Source: Thermoanaerobaculia bacterium (GTDB lineage: Bacteria; Acidobacteriota; Thermoanaerobaculia; UBA5066). From it: 64,000 bases of DNA. Location of the stretch: assembly GCA_963719225.1 (NCBI GenBank), contig CAVRAY010000001.1, positions 96,001 to 160,000 of the forward strand. Reading direction: 5' to 3'. The position numbers and the translations under genes were made by a program. The notes below the pieces were generated by a model. It was given only the letters and a program-made list of their open reading frames with translations, did no database searches and was not told the DNA's origin. Positions 1 to 9,798 of this stretch are shown here, in pieces (the first letter of the stretch is position 1; each line of letters starts with the position of its first letter).

Positions 1-1181
1 GCGCCGGCGCGTTGGAGCCGATAGTCCAGCTCGGGTCCCCAGGAAGCCGCGGCCAGGATGAGCCGCCCCGCCCGGGCGGGCGCCTCGAGAAGTCGGGCGA
101 GGAGAGCGCCGGGCGACGGCTCGAGGGTACGCGGAAGCCAGAGCACGAGGAGCGCCGTCGCGAGCGTCCCGACGGCCGCGGGAACGAAGGGGGGCGCGGC
201 CGCGAAAAGAAGCACGACGAGCGGCAGGAAGACGAGCGCGGTGCGCTCCGGCAGAACGAGGGCTCCCGTCCAGAGCTCGGCGAGGCCGAGCAGGGCGAGG
301 GAAACGCCGAGGACCCGTGCCACGGGGGCGAGAACGCCGCGCCACTCGCGCGCGACGAGCGCGACGACGAAGATCGCGCCCAGGACCCCGAGGGCCAGCA
401 TGGCGGGCCCGCCCGCCGGCGCGCCGAACGCGAGATTCGCGGGGAAGTCGCGGAGCGCGCTCGCGAATCCCGTTTCCGTCGACCATGCCATCGAAGCGTG
501 GGGCTGCACGAGGGCGATGGGCGCCCACGTCACCGCGAGCGCGGCGGCGGCGAGACCGGAGAGGACGAGGGCGCGGCGCGAGACGGGACGGGCATCGAAC
601 GCGAGGAGCGCGAGAGCCGCCACGGGAAAGACCGCGAGGTAATGGCTGAGGACGGCTCCCGCCGCGGCGAGCGTCAGCCCCAGGGCAGTCCCGAGGCGCG
701 GCGTTTCCCGGAGCGCGAGCGCGCGCTCGAAAGCGAGAAACGCGAGAAGAGAGGCGAGCACATAGGCGCGCCCCTCGGCCGCGTATGCGACCGCGAGCGG
801 GAAGACGGAGTAGAGCGCCGCGGCGGGAAGGCCGATCTCCGCTCGCCCGAGCCGTCTGGCAACGGCGAAGAAGAGGGGAAGGTGGAGAAGGGATGCGGCG
901 AGGGAGAGGATGCGGACCAGGACGTCCGGGAACCCCGGGGCCGCAAACGGCGCAAGGAGGACGTACGCGAGGATGTAGTGGAGCGGAGGCCCCGAATCCA
1001 CGCGCAAGGCGGCGAGGATCTCCGGAGCGCTCATGCGTGCGACCGTCAGTGTGAAGATCTCGTCCGCCCAGAGAGGCCGGACGGCGAGCGCAAAGCCGCG
1101 GGAGACGACGCCGGTCCCGATCGCCGCCCACGCGAGGGCACGCATGAGGTTCGGACGCGTGCGAGCGATCGCGATCGTCAC
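1..1181 (-). CDS. GT-C fold (family 39/PMT-like) membrane glycosyltransferase, runs off window start
   Basis: Not in ORF track. Manual translation from GTG 1181 (alt ATG 1145): ...FALAVRPLWADEIFTLTVAR...DSGPPLHYIL..., the W-x-DE and PPL-Y motifs followed by hydrophobic helices. Confidence 0.75.
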   Translation of the reverse strand, partial: MTIAIARTRPNLMRALAWAAIGTGVVSRGFALAVRPLWADEIFTLTVARMSAPEILAALRVDSGPPLHYILAYVLLAPFAAPGFPDVLVRILSLAASLLHLPLFFAVARRLGRAEIGLPAAALYSVFPLAVAYAAEGRAYVLASLLAFLAFERALALRETPRLGTALGLTLAAAGAVLSHYLAVFPVAALALLAFDARPVSRRALVLSGLAAAALAVTWAPIALVQPHASMAWSTETGFASALRDFPANLAFGAPAGGPAMLALGVLGAIFVVALVAREWRGVLAPVARVLGVSLALLGLAELWTGALVLPERTALVFLPLVVLLFAAAPPFVPAAVGTLATALLVLWLPRTLEPSPGALLARLLEAPARAGRLILAAASWGPELDYRLQRAG

Positions 1182-1292
1182 CCGCGCGTCTTCAGGGCCT
1201 TGCGGTCTCGCGTCTTCATGGGCTCTCCTCGTCCCGGACTTGCTGGGAAAAGACTAGCACCCGGGAGCGTGTATAACGTCCCGCTCAGGTCG

Positions 1293-2693
1293 GTGAAATT
1301 GGAAGTATCGATTCTCGATCGTCTCTCGCGACACCGGCTGCTCGCGGGCGCGCCGCCCGAGCAGATCGAATGGCTCGCCGCCCGCGGTCAGCTCGTTCAT
1401 CTGGACCCGGGCATCGAGCTCGCACCGAAGGGCACAACGGTGCCCGGCCTGTACATCGTCCTTTCCGGCCACATGTCGATCCACCTCGACCGGGGCGCCG
1501 GACCGCAAAAGCTCATGGAGTGGCGGGGCGGCGACGTGACGGGTTTCCTGCCGTACTCGCGCCTCGACAAATCGCCGGGCGGCGTGAAGGCCGAGGAGCC
1601 GACCGAGCTCTGGATGATCCCGCGCGAGGAGATCCCCGCGCTGATTCGCGAGTGCTACGAGCTCACCGCGATCTTCGTGCATGTGATGCTCGATCGGGCT
1701 CGCCAATTCACGTCGAGCGACCTTCAGATCGAAAAGATGTCCTCCCTCGGAAAGCTCGCGGCGGGGCTCGCGCACGAGCTGAACAACCCCGCGTCGGCGG
1801 TCGCGCGGAGCGCCCAGGGGCTCAGGGAGCGATTGTCCGAGGTGGAACGGGCGTCCCGTGCGCTCGGCGCAGCACGCTTGTCCGAGGCTCAGCAGGCCGC
1901 CGTCGACAAGTCACGGAATCTCTGCCTCGCCGCGTCCGGTGCGACGGTCGGACGCTCGCCCATCGAGCGCGCGGACCGCGAAGACGTCATCGCGGCCTGG
2001 CTCGAGCGCCACGGGGCCGACGATGCCGCCGCCGAGGCGCTGGCGGAGTCCGCGATCAGTCTCGACGCTCTCGATCGGCTCGCGGAAGAGCTTCAGGGCG
2101 ACGCGTTGAAGGTGGCCGTCGCGTGGCTCGTGGCCGGCTGTACGACGCAACAGCTGGCCTCGGAGATCGAGACGGCCGCGTCCCGGATCCACAACCTCGT
2201 CGCGGCGGTGAAGGGCTTCACGTACATGGACCAGGCGACCATGCCCAAGCCGGTGGACGTCGGCCGAGGGCTGGCCGACACGCTCGCGGTGCTCGCCGGA
2301 AAGGCCCGCGGAAAGTCGGTGAGCGTGAACCTCGACGTCGAGGCCGATCTTCCGCTCGTCCCGGGGTTCGGCGGCGAGCTCAACCAGGTATGGGTGAACC
2401 TCGTCGACAACGCGCTGGACGCGGCGAAGAGCCGCGTCACCGTTGCGGCGGGCCGCCAGGGCTCTTCCGTCGTCGTGCGCGTCGTCGACGACGGACATGG
2501 ATTCCCCCCGGAGATTCGCGAGCGCATCTTCGATCCTTTCTTCACGACGAAGCCGGTCGGGCAGGGCACCGGCCTCGGCCTCGACATCGCGCGGCGCCTC
2601 GTCGTCCGGCACCACGGAGAGATCGAGGTCGACTCCCGCCCCTCTCACACCGAGTTCCGCGTGACGCTTCCCATCGACGCAGGAAAAGGCTGA
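1293..2693 (+). CDS. cNMP-binding domain sensor histidine kinase
   Basis: C-terminal part of ORF 12..2693: cNMP-like N-term, H-box AHELNNP, N-box NLVDNA, DPFFTTK, GTGLGL; start approximate. Confidence 0.88.
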   Translation: MKLEVSILDRLSRHRLLAGAPPEQIEWLAARGQLVHLDPGIELAPKGTTVPGLYIVLSGHMSIHLDRGAGPQKLMEWRGGDVTGFLPYSRLDKSPGGVKAEEPTELWMIPREEIPALIRECYELTAIFVHVMLDRARQFTSSDLQIEKMSSLGKLAAGLAHELNNPASAVARSAQGLRERLSEVERASRALGAARLSEAQQAAVDKSRNLCLAASGATVGRSPIERADREDVIAAWLERHGADDAAAEALAESAISLDALDRLAEELQGDALKVAVAWLVAGCTTQQLASEIETAASRIHNLVAAVKGFTYMDQATMPKPVDVGRGLADTLAVLAGKARGKSVSVNLDVEADLPLVPGFGGELNQVWVNLVDNALDAAKSRVTVAAGRQGSSVVVRVVDDGHGFPPEIRERIFDPFFTTKPVGQGTGLGLDIARRLVVRHHGEIEVDSRPSHTEFRVTLPIDAGKG

Positions 2694-2695
2694 CG

Positions 2696-4354
2696 ATGGC
2701 CAAGCCGGTGATCCTGACCGTCGATGACGATCCCGAGGTGCTTCGCGCGATCGAGCGCGACCTTCGCGGCCACTACCGGAGCGACTACCGCATCCTCAAG
2801 GCCGTCTCGGGCCGCGAGGCGCTCGAGGCCGCCCGGCAGCTCAAGGAGCGAGGAACGCCGGTCGCCCTCTTCCTCGTGGACCAGCGGATGCCCGAGATGA
2901 CCGGCACGGAGCTGCTGCGCGAAGTGCTGAAGCTCTACCCGGACTCGCGCAGGGTCCTGCTCACCGCCTATGCCGACACTCAGGCCGCGATCACGGGAAT
3001 CAACGACGTCGGGCTGGACCACTACCTGCTGAAGCCCTGGGATCCCCCGGATCAGCGCCTCTACCCGGTTCTCGACGACCTGTTGTCCGACTGGACGGCG
3101 CACGTGCGCCTCCCGTACGACGGGATCCGGATCGCGGGCGCCCAGTCGTCGCCGCGCAGCTACGCGGTGAAGGAATTCCTGTCCAGCAATCAGGTTCCCT
3201 ATCAGTGGATCGACGTCGACGAGGATCCGCCGACGCGGCAGCTGATCCGTTCTGTCGGCGACCCGACGAAGCTGCCGGTCGTTTTCTTCCCGGACGGCAG
3301 CCATCTCGTCGCCCCGACGAACCGCGCCCTGGCCGAGAAGATCGGCATGCAGACGCGGGCAAGCCTGCCCTTCTACGACCTCGTGATCGTCGGCGGCGGT
3401 CCGGCAGGGCTGGCCGCCGCGGTCTACGGCGCCTCGGAGGGACTGCGCACTCTGCTCGTCGAGCACAACGCGCCCGGCGGCCAGGCCGGCACCAGCTCGC
3501 AGATCGAGAACTACCTCGGGTTCCCGTCCGGCGTCAGCGGAGCCGACCTCGCGCGCCGCGCCCTCACGCAGGCGCGCCGCTTCGGCACCGAGGTGCTCGT
3601 TGAGGAGGTCGTGGCTCTGCGCCGCGAGGATCCCTATCGCATCATTCGGCTCGCGGACGGCACGGACGTCTCGTGCTACGCGGTCGTCCTCGCCACGGGA
3701 GTCTCCGTCCGGACTCTCGAGGTTCCCGGGATCGAGCCTCTCCTCGGCATCGGCGTCTACTACGGCGCCGCGATGACCGAGGCCGCGACCTACCGCGACA
3801 AGGACGTTTGCGTCCTCGGGGCCGGGAACTCGGCGGCGCAGGGCGCTCTCTTTTTCTCTCGCTACGCGCGTCACGTCACCCTGCTCGTCCGCGGAAAATC
3901 CCTCGGCCAGTCGATGTCGCAATACCTGGTCGACCGGATCGGGGCGGCTCAGAACATCGAGGTCCTGACGAGGGTCGAGGTCGCCTCGGTCTGCGGCACG
4001 GGCCGGCTCGAGAAGGTGTTCCTCCGCGGCGTAGACGACGCGATGGAGCGGGAGCTTGCCGCTTCCGCGATGTTCATCTTCATCGGCGCGAAGCCCCGGA
4101 CCGAAATGGTCTCCGGCCTCCTCGAGCTCGACGAGAAGGGTTTCGTCCTCACGGGCCCGGATCTGCCCCGCACGGAAGGCCGGGTTCCCCGCGGCTGGAC
4201 GCTCGAGCGAGACCCGTATCTCTTCGAGACGAGCGTCCCCGGCATCTTCGCGGCCGGCGACGTGCGAGCGAGCTCGGGCAAGCGCGTCGCGGCGGCCGTC
4301 GGCGAGGGTTCCGGCACGGTCAGCATAGTCCACCGCTACCTCGAGACCGTTTGA
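2696..4354 (+). CDS. Receiver domain / glutaredoxin-like / thioredoxin reductase-like FAD oxidoreductase fusion
   Basis: MAKPVILTVDDD receiver, GGGPAG FAD motif, GAGNSA NADPH motif, FAAGDV; ATG 2 nt after kinase stop. Confidence 0.9.
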   Translation: MAKPVILTVDDDPEVLRAIERDLRGHYRSDYRILKAVSGREALEAARQLKERGTPVALFLVDQRMPEMTGTELLREVLKLYPDSRRVLLTAYADTQAAITGINDVGLDHYLLKPWDPPDQRLYPVLDDLLSDWTAHVRLPYDGIRIAGAQSSPRSYAVKEFLSSNQVPYQWIDVDEDPPTRQLIRSVGDPTKLPVVFFPDGSHLVAPTNRALAEKIGMQTRASLPFYDLVIVGGGPAGLAAAVYGASEGLRTLLVEHNAPGGQAGTSSQIENYLGFPSGVSGADLARRALTQARRFGTEVLVEEVVALRREDPYRIIRLADGTDVSCYAVVLATGVSVRTLEVPGIEPLLGIGVYYGAAMTEAATYRDKDVCVLGAGNSAAQGALFFSRYARHVTLLVRGKSLGQSMSQYLVDRIGAAQNIEVLTRVEVASVCGTGRLEKVFLRGVDDAMERELAASAMFIFIGAKPRTEMVSGLLELDEKGFVLTGPDLPRTEGRVPRGWTLERDPYLFETSVPGIFAAGDVRASSGKRVAAAVGEGSGTVSIVHRYLETV

Positions 4355-4378
4355 TCCGCCCGCAACCCGGAGAAACGC

Positions 4379-6265
4379 TCACTGAAAATATGCGTTGACG
4401 TCGAGCACGAAATGGGTCGTCCCGACGGGCTGGTCGCAATGCACGACGATCTCGCCCGTCGGACCGAGCGCCACGATCGCGTTGTTCGCCCGTGTCTGCC
4501 CCGCCCCGTAATTGAGGCTCGACGCGAGAGGCCGAACCGTCCCACCGGAGTAGAGGGTCAGATACCCCGCCCCCGAGGGCTGGGTGGCGGTCACGTTGAC
4601 CGAAATCGCCTTCGCCCCGGACGGCAGCCCGCACTGACCGCCGACCGCGAACACGCGGTCCTGGCCCGCGCCGAGCGCGGGCCCGCCCAGCGGTCCGTTC
4701 GGGTTGCGCGTGTCCACCAGCCGACACGGGGTCAGCGTGAACAGGTTCGCGGCGGCGGTCGTGTAACCGAGGCCCCACACGTAGCTGTTGACATCGAAGT
4801 AACTCGCGACATTCGACGGGGTGACGACCGTTCCGTTGATACGGACGTTATCGAGGATGACGCGGTGGAAGCCGTTGTAAAGGTCCCAGCCCTTGATCTC
4901 ACTCAGATACTTTTGCGTTCCGGCCAGACTAATGTTCTTGAAGACCAGGTTGTAGCTGTTCCCCAATGGGGGATCGGGTGCGGGATTTCCGGGCCAGGGA
5001 TAAACCCTATTCGTCAGTTGGGCCAAGGGCACGTCGATATTCCCCTCAATGCGAATATTCTGATAGGTCTGATTGGCATATCCTTTCGTGCTGTCGCTGT
5101 TATCCACCCAGATCTGAAAGGCCGCTGGCGTCAAAGGTGACCCATAGGGCACCCACTCATCACCGTTGTAGCTCCGAACGTCGATATTATCGACAAGTGC
5201 GGTGTAGGGGCTCTTCAGCGCGTCCGTATTCCCGAAGAATCCTCCCAGGAACACCGCATTGCCGGTACTGGCGCCAAAGGAATTTCTGATCGTCACGTTG
5301 TACTGCGTCCTTCCCGCCCATGTCGGATGGAATACATTGTCGCCCACAAAGGCAAATGCCTGATCCACATTGTCAACGTTCGGAAAACCGTCTGTCTGAA
5401 AATACCAAGGCGACAATAACTTTACATTGGTGGCGTCCTTGGCGCCGCCCGAGATATTGTAGATTGGGGAGTCCACGATCGTAATCCCTTGCACGGTCGC
5501 GCGATGCGTGGCGTAATCTCCCTTTATCATCGCATAGTTGATGCCGTCGTTGAACGATAGCGCTTGAATTGTCTCCGCTATCCACAGATCCCCCGAAAGG
5601 ACGCCCGGGCCCATGATTTGAACGTTGTCCGCGGCGGAGACATCGATATTGCCCCGGACCCAGGCACCTCCATCCAAATAGATCACGTCATTCGCTTTGG
5701 CGTAATAGTGGTTGCCTGTGGCAGGAGAGATGTCGACGATACCGGGCCCAAAATAGGTCGCGCCGGCGGGAGGAGCGGGCTTGGGAGGGTCGGCAAAAAT
5801 GAATAGCGGATTGGCATCATCGCCGTTGATGGTCACCCAAGCCTTGGCGTTTGGATCGAGTGTGAGGATCGCCCGGCCGTTACTCAAGCGGACGGGAATG
5901 TGTTTGCTTTTGGGACTGACGTCCACAAGGGTAATGGAGCCTTCTATTCTGGTGACGCGGACGTCTAACGGCCGGGTCGTGCCGAAGGTCGAGAAGCTCA
6001 CGCTGGGGGAAGTGCCACGGTGCCAGTGGGTGAAACTCTTGCGGCTGTACTGGTACACATAGGAAGGAAGCCAGGCAGAGCCGTCGAACACCTCGACCCC
6101 GTAGAGGCTGGATCGGTAGGTATCAACGCCGGGCCCGGGGTACACCTCGATTCCCGTGGAGGAAATCGTTTCCGCGCGGATCTCTCCGGGAAAGCACGCG
6201 ACGACGGATAACGTGAGCGCGATGGAAGCGACGCAGCGCGCCGCGATCCGTGACGGCACTTCCAC
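4379..6265 (-). CDS. Secreted beta-helix glycoside hydrolase (GH49/GH28-like) with C-terminal TPCRLVDTR domain
   Basis: Signal-like N-term; LFIFADP, YFGPG, IYLDGGAWV, GPGVLSG motifs; C-terminal ~120 aa domain ending DVNAYFQ; start approximate. Confidence 0.7.
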   Translation of the reverse strand: MEVPSRIAARCVASIALTLSVVACFPGEIRAETISSTGIEVYPGPGVDTYRSSLYGVEVFDGSAWLPSYVYQYSRKSFTHWHRGTSPSVSFSTFGTTRPLDVRVTRIEGSITLVDVSPKSKHIPVRLSNGRAILTLDPNAKAWVTINGDDANPLFIFADPPKPAPPAGATYFGPGIVDISPATGNHYYAKANDVIYLDGGAWVRGNIDVSAADNVQIMGPGVLSGDLWIAETIQALSFNDGINYAMIKGDYATHRATVQGITIVDSPIYNISGGAKDATNVKLLSPWYFQTDGFPNVDNVDQAFAFVGDNVFHPTWAGRTQYNVTIRNSFGASTGNAVFLGGFFGNTDALKSPYTALVDNIDVRSYNGDEWVPYGSPLTPAAFQIWVDNSDSTKGYANQTYQNIRIEGNIDVPLAQLTNRVYPWPGNPAPDPPLGNSYNLVFKNISLAGTQKYLSEIKGWDLYNGFHRVILDNVRINGTVVTPSNVASYFDVNSYVWGLGYTTAAANLFTLTPCRLVDTRNPNGPLGGPALGAGQDRVFAVGGQCGLPSGAKAISVNVTATQPSGAGYLTLYSGGTVRPLASSLNYGAGQTRANNAIVALGPTGEIVVHCDQPVGTTHFVLDVNAYFQ

Positions 6266-6430
6266 ACCCAGCCCATCAAGGTGGTCGTCTCCCACGGGAG
6301 CTACCTCGAATAGGTGTGTAGGCGGCGAGGGCGACCTAACCTCCTGTTGAGAAAACAGGACCCGCCGCGACCGTCTGACGACCTTCGATAGACTGCGCGT
6401 TCGCCGAGGAACGCCGCTCCGGGAGGATCG

Positions 6431-8428
6431 ATGGACGTCCCCGAATCGAAGTCTCTGCCCGAGAACGCCTATCAGACGCTGGCGCCCGGCGAGGTCTACG
6501 CCCCGGTCGTGTCCGCTCAGGAGGCGCCTCCCGAGTCGACGTTTCGATCCGTCGCATGGGGGCTCTTCTTCTGCGTGGTCTTCACGGCCGCGTCGGCGTA
6601 CTCCGGACTGAAGGTCGGGCAGGTGATGGAGGCGGCGATCCCGATCTCGATCCTCGCGATCGGCCTCGCGCGCCTCTACACGCGGCGCTCGCATCTCCTG
6701 GAGAACGTGATCATCACGACGATCGGCGGCGTCGCCGGCGGCATCGTCGCGGGCGCGATCTTCACGCTTCCCGCGCTCTATACCCTCAAGCTTCACCCGC
6801 ATCCCGTCCAGACGATCTTCATCTGCCTCGCGGGCGGATGTCTCGGGATTCTCTTCATCATCCCGCTGCGCCGCTACTTCGTGAAGGAGATGCACGGGGA
6901 ATTCCCGTTTCCCGAGGCGACCGCGATCACCGAAGTCCTCGTCACCGGCGAGAAGGGCGGCGCGCAGGCGAAGCTCCTCATCCAGGCGACGGTCATCTCG
7001 GGGATCTACGACTTCTTCGTGACGACGTTCAACGTGTGGAAGGAATACGTCGATTTCCAGTTCATTCCCGTCATGAAAGACGCCGCCGAAAAGGCGAAGG
7101 TGATCGTGAAGTTCGACGCGGTCGCCTTCATCCTCGGCCTCGGCTACGTCATGGGGCTGCGCGCGTCGATGATCCTCTGTGCGGGAGGCGTCCTCGCGAA
7201 CTTCGTCCTCGTGCCGCTCGTCTGGATGATCGGCCGCCACCTTCCGGACGCCGTCTACCCCGCCCTCAAGCCCATCGGCCAGATGACGGCCGAGCAGATC
7301 TACCGCGGCTACGTCCGGTACGTCGGCGTCGGGGCGATCGCGACGGCGGGCATCTTCGGCATCCTGAAGTCGCTGAAGATCGTCGCCGGCTCCTTCGGCA
7401 TCGCGGCGAAGGCGTTCCGGAGCGGGGCCGGCGCCTCCTCCGAGCGGACGGACCAAGACATCTCCCTGATCGCGATCCTCCTCGGCACGATTTTGTCCGC
7501 GGTCGCCGTCGGCGCCTTCTTCGGGACGCTCGGTTCGACGCTCACCGCCGTCCTGATCGCTCTCGCCCTCGCGCTCGCGTTCTCGTTCTTCTTCGCGTCC
7601 GTCGCCGCGAACGCGATCGCGACGATCGCGCGCAACCCGGTCTCGGGGATGACGATGCTCACGATCATCATTTCGTCGGTCATCCTCCTGAAGTTCGGCG
7701 TCTCCGGGACGACGGGGATGTTTTTCGTCATGGCGCTCGCCGGGATGGTCTGCACGGCGCTCTCGGTCTCCGGCCAGATGATCACGGACCTCAAGACCGG
7801 CTACTGGCTGGGCTCGACGCCGGCCGCCCAGGAGAGGGTGAAGTTCTGGGGAGTCCTCGCGTCATCGATCGCCGTGGGCATCACGATCTTTCTCCTCGCC
7901 AAGGTCTATCAGTTCGGGGAAGTCGCGCCGGGCGACACGCGCGAGGTCCTCGCGGCGCCGCAGGCGTCGATCATGAAGGTGCTCGTCGAGACCTTCATGA
8001 ACCGGCAGCCCATCGCTTGGTTCCTCTTCGGGACGGGTGCGGCGATCGCGGTCAGCATGGAGATGCTGAGGATCCCCGCGCTCATCTTCGCGCTCGGGAT
8101 GTACCTTCCGCTGGAGTTGAACTCGCCCGCGCTCGTGGGGGGGATGATCTCGCACTTCGTCCTGAGGAAATCCGAACGGGCCGGGGGAGCTGCCGGTCGC
8201 ACGATGCGCGAGCGGGCGATCGTCATCGCTTCGGGCCTCATGGCCGGAGGCGCCCTCGGCGGCGTCTTCGGCGCCGCGCTGCGACTCTTCTCGTGGTACC
8301 GGGAGGACCTCGTGAAGACGCCCTTCTACGGAAACGAGGCCGTCTCGCAGGGCGTGTCGATCGTGTTCTTCGTCGGCCTCTGCCTCTATCTCTGGATCGA
8401 TTCGACCCGCAGGGTCGGGGAGAAATGA
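6431..8428 (+). CDS. OPT family oligopeptide transporter
   Basis: YSGLKVG, ENVII, FPEATA, NPVSG, DLKTGY, APQA motifs; multi-TM. Confidence 0.93.
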   Translation: MDVPESKSLPENAYQTLAPGEVYAPVVSAQEAPPESTFRSVAWGLFFCVVFTAASAYSGLKVGQVMEAAIPISILAIGLARLYTRRSHLLENVIITTIGGVAGGIVAGAIFTLPALYTLKLHPHPVQTIFICLAGGCLGILFIIPLRRYFVKEMHGEFPFPEATAITEVLVTGEKGGAQAKLLIQATVISGIYDFFVTTFNVWKEYVDFQFIPVMKDAAEKAKVIVKFDAVAFILGLGYVMGLRASMILCAGGVLANFVLVPLVWMIGRHLPDAVYPALKPIGQMTAEQIYRGYVRYVGVGAIATAGIFGILKSLKIVAGSFGIAAKAFRSGAGASSERTDQDISLIAILLGTILSAVAVGAFFGTLGSTLTAVLIALALALAFSFFFASVAANAIATIARNPVSGMTMLTIIISSVILLKFGVSGTTGMFFVMALAGMVCTALSVSGQMITDLKTGYWLGSTPAAQERVKFWGVLASSIAVGITIFLLAKVYQFGEVAPGDTREVLAAPQASIMKVLVETFMNRQPIAWFLFGTGAAIAVSMEMLRIPALIFALGMYLPLELNSPALVGGMISHFVLRKSERAGGAAGRTMRERAIVIASGLMAGGALGGVFGAALRLFSWYREDLVKTPFYGNEAVSQGVSIVFFVGLCLYLWIDSTRRVGEK

Positions 8429-9792
8429 ACATGTCCTTGAACGCACGCGACGCCGCGACTGCCGAGGCCCTCATCGGAATCGACACACTCTGGGGCGGCG
8501 ACGTCATGAACCCGTCCGGAACCGGCCGTTTCATCGCGGATTGCTGGTTCTCGGACGAGCCGCTTCCGCTTGCCTACACACACCCGTCGGCCGCAGCCGT
8601 GCGCGCTTCTGGTGGCGTCTCGGCGAAGGCTCCCGACGTCGCCGCGATCGAAACCTACCTCTCCGCCGTCGACGTCGGCGGCGCGATCGCGCGCGTCCTC
8701 GCGGAAGCGCGGCGCGTCGGCGGCCTCCGCGGCGATTACCTCGAAGGCCTCGGCCTCTGCTGCGAGGTCATGTGGAACCTCGCGCTGGAGATCCTCGGCA
8801 AGGGGCCGGAGGTCCCGTACGAGACGTGCGTGATGACGATCACCGGCTCTCTGCCGGAGCCTTCCCGCCCCGACGAGAAGCGCCGCCGCGTGGCCGAGCT
8901 CCTGAAGGCCGCCGGGCACGCGTCGAACGGCTCGGACTCTCTCCTCGCCTCGGTGGATGCATGGCGCCGGGAGCGGCTCGTGCCGGGCAAGTCGATTCCG
9001 GCTCTCGGCGACGCCTTCATCGCGAAGTACGACGCGCTCGCCGTGCAAAACCTCGTTCCGCACCTGCCGCGGGAGCTCGCGCGGGTTCCGCGGGCGAACG
9101 TGAAGTTCCTCGCGATCGAGAACGCCTGGTTCTCCGGGTCAATGAACTACCTCGGCCACGCGCGCCGGAAGGACGGCTCGCCGGAATACGAGGCGACGTA
9201 CGAGCTGAACGCCGCGCTCCAGATCTCGGTCCCGGAGTTCCAGCAGCTCGTGAGCCACGAAGTCGTGCCCGGCCACGTGACCACGTTCGCGTACCTGCAG
9301 GACCTCTTCTTCCGCGGCCTCGCCGCGTTCGAAGCGTCGGTCCTCACGATGTGTACGCGCGCGGCCGTCCTCTTCGAGGGCATCGCGAACAACGGAATCC
9401 TGATCGCGCACGGCGTCACCGAGGTCGACGAACTTCCGGACCCGGATCTCCAGATCGGCGTGCTCCTCGCGCTGTTGCAGGACGACGCGAAGAACCACTC
9501 CTCGTACCTCACCTGGAAAGAGAAGCTCTCCAAGGCGGATGTCGCCGCGACACTCCGGAAGGACTTCCTCGTTTCTTCGGAGCGGGCCGACAAGCTTTCC
9601 GGCGCCTGGGGCCGCCACCCGCTTCTCGGCCGGATGTATCTCCCGGCGTACCGGGCCGGGACGGAGCTCGTCGCGCGCCTGAGACGAAGCCACCCGCCCG
9701 AGACGATCCTCCCCGCGCTCTACGGCGCGAAGGGGCTCGTCGACGCGTTCACGCTCCCGCGCGTTCTGGAGGAGGCGCCGGTCTCCCGCTAG
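8425..9792 (+). CDS. Hypothetical DUF885-like metallopeptidase
   Basis: ATGA overlap with OPT stop; SHEVVPGH...FEGIA motif. Confidence 0.6.
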   Translation: MNMSLNARDAATAEALIGIDTLWGGDVMNPSGTGRFIADCWFSDEPLPLAYTHPSAAAVRASGGVSAKAPDVAAIETYLSAVDVGGAIARVLAEARRVGGLRGDYLEGLGLCCEVMWNLALEILGKGPEVPYETCVMTITGSLPEPSRPDEKRRRVAELLKAAGHASNGSDSLLASVDAWRRERLVPGKSIPALGDAFIAKYDALAVQNLVPHLPRELARVPRANVKFLAIENAWFSGSMNYLGHARRKDGSPEYEATYELNAALQISVPEFQQLVSHEVVPGHVTTFAYLQDLFFRGLAAFEASVLTMCTRAAVLFEGIANNGILIAHGVTEVDELPDPDLQIGVLLALLQDDAKNHSSYLTWKEKLSKADVAATLRKDFLVSSERADKLSGAWGRHPLLGRMYLPAYRAGTELVARLRRSHPPETILPALYGAKGLVDAFTLPRVLEEAPVSR

Positions 9793-9798
9793 GACCCT

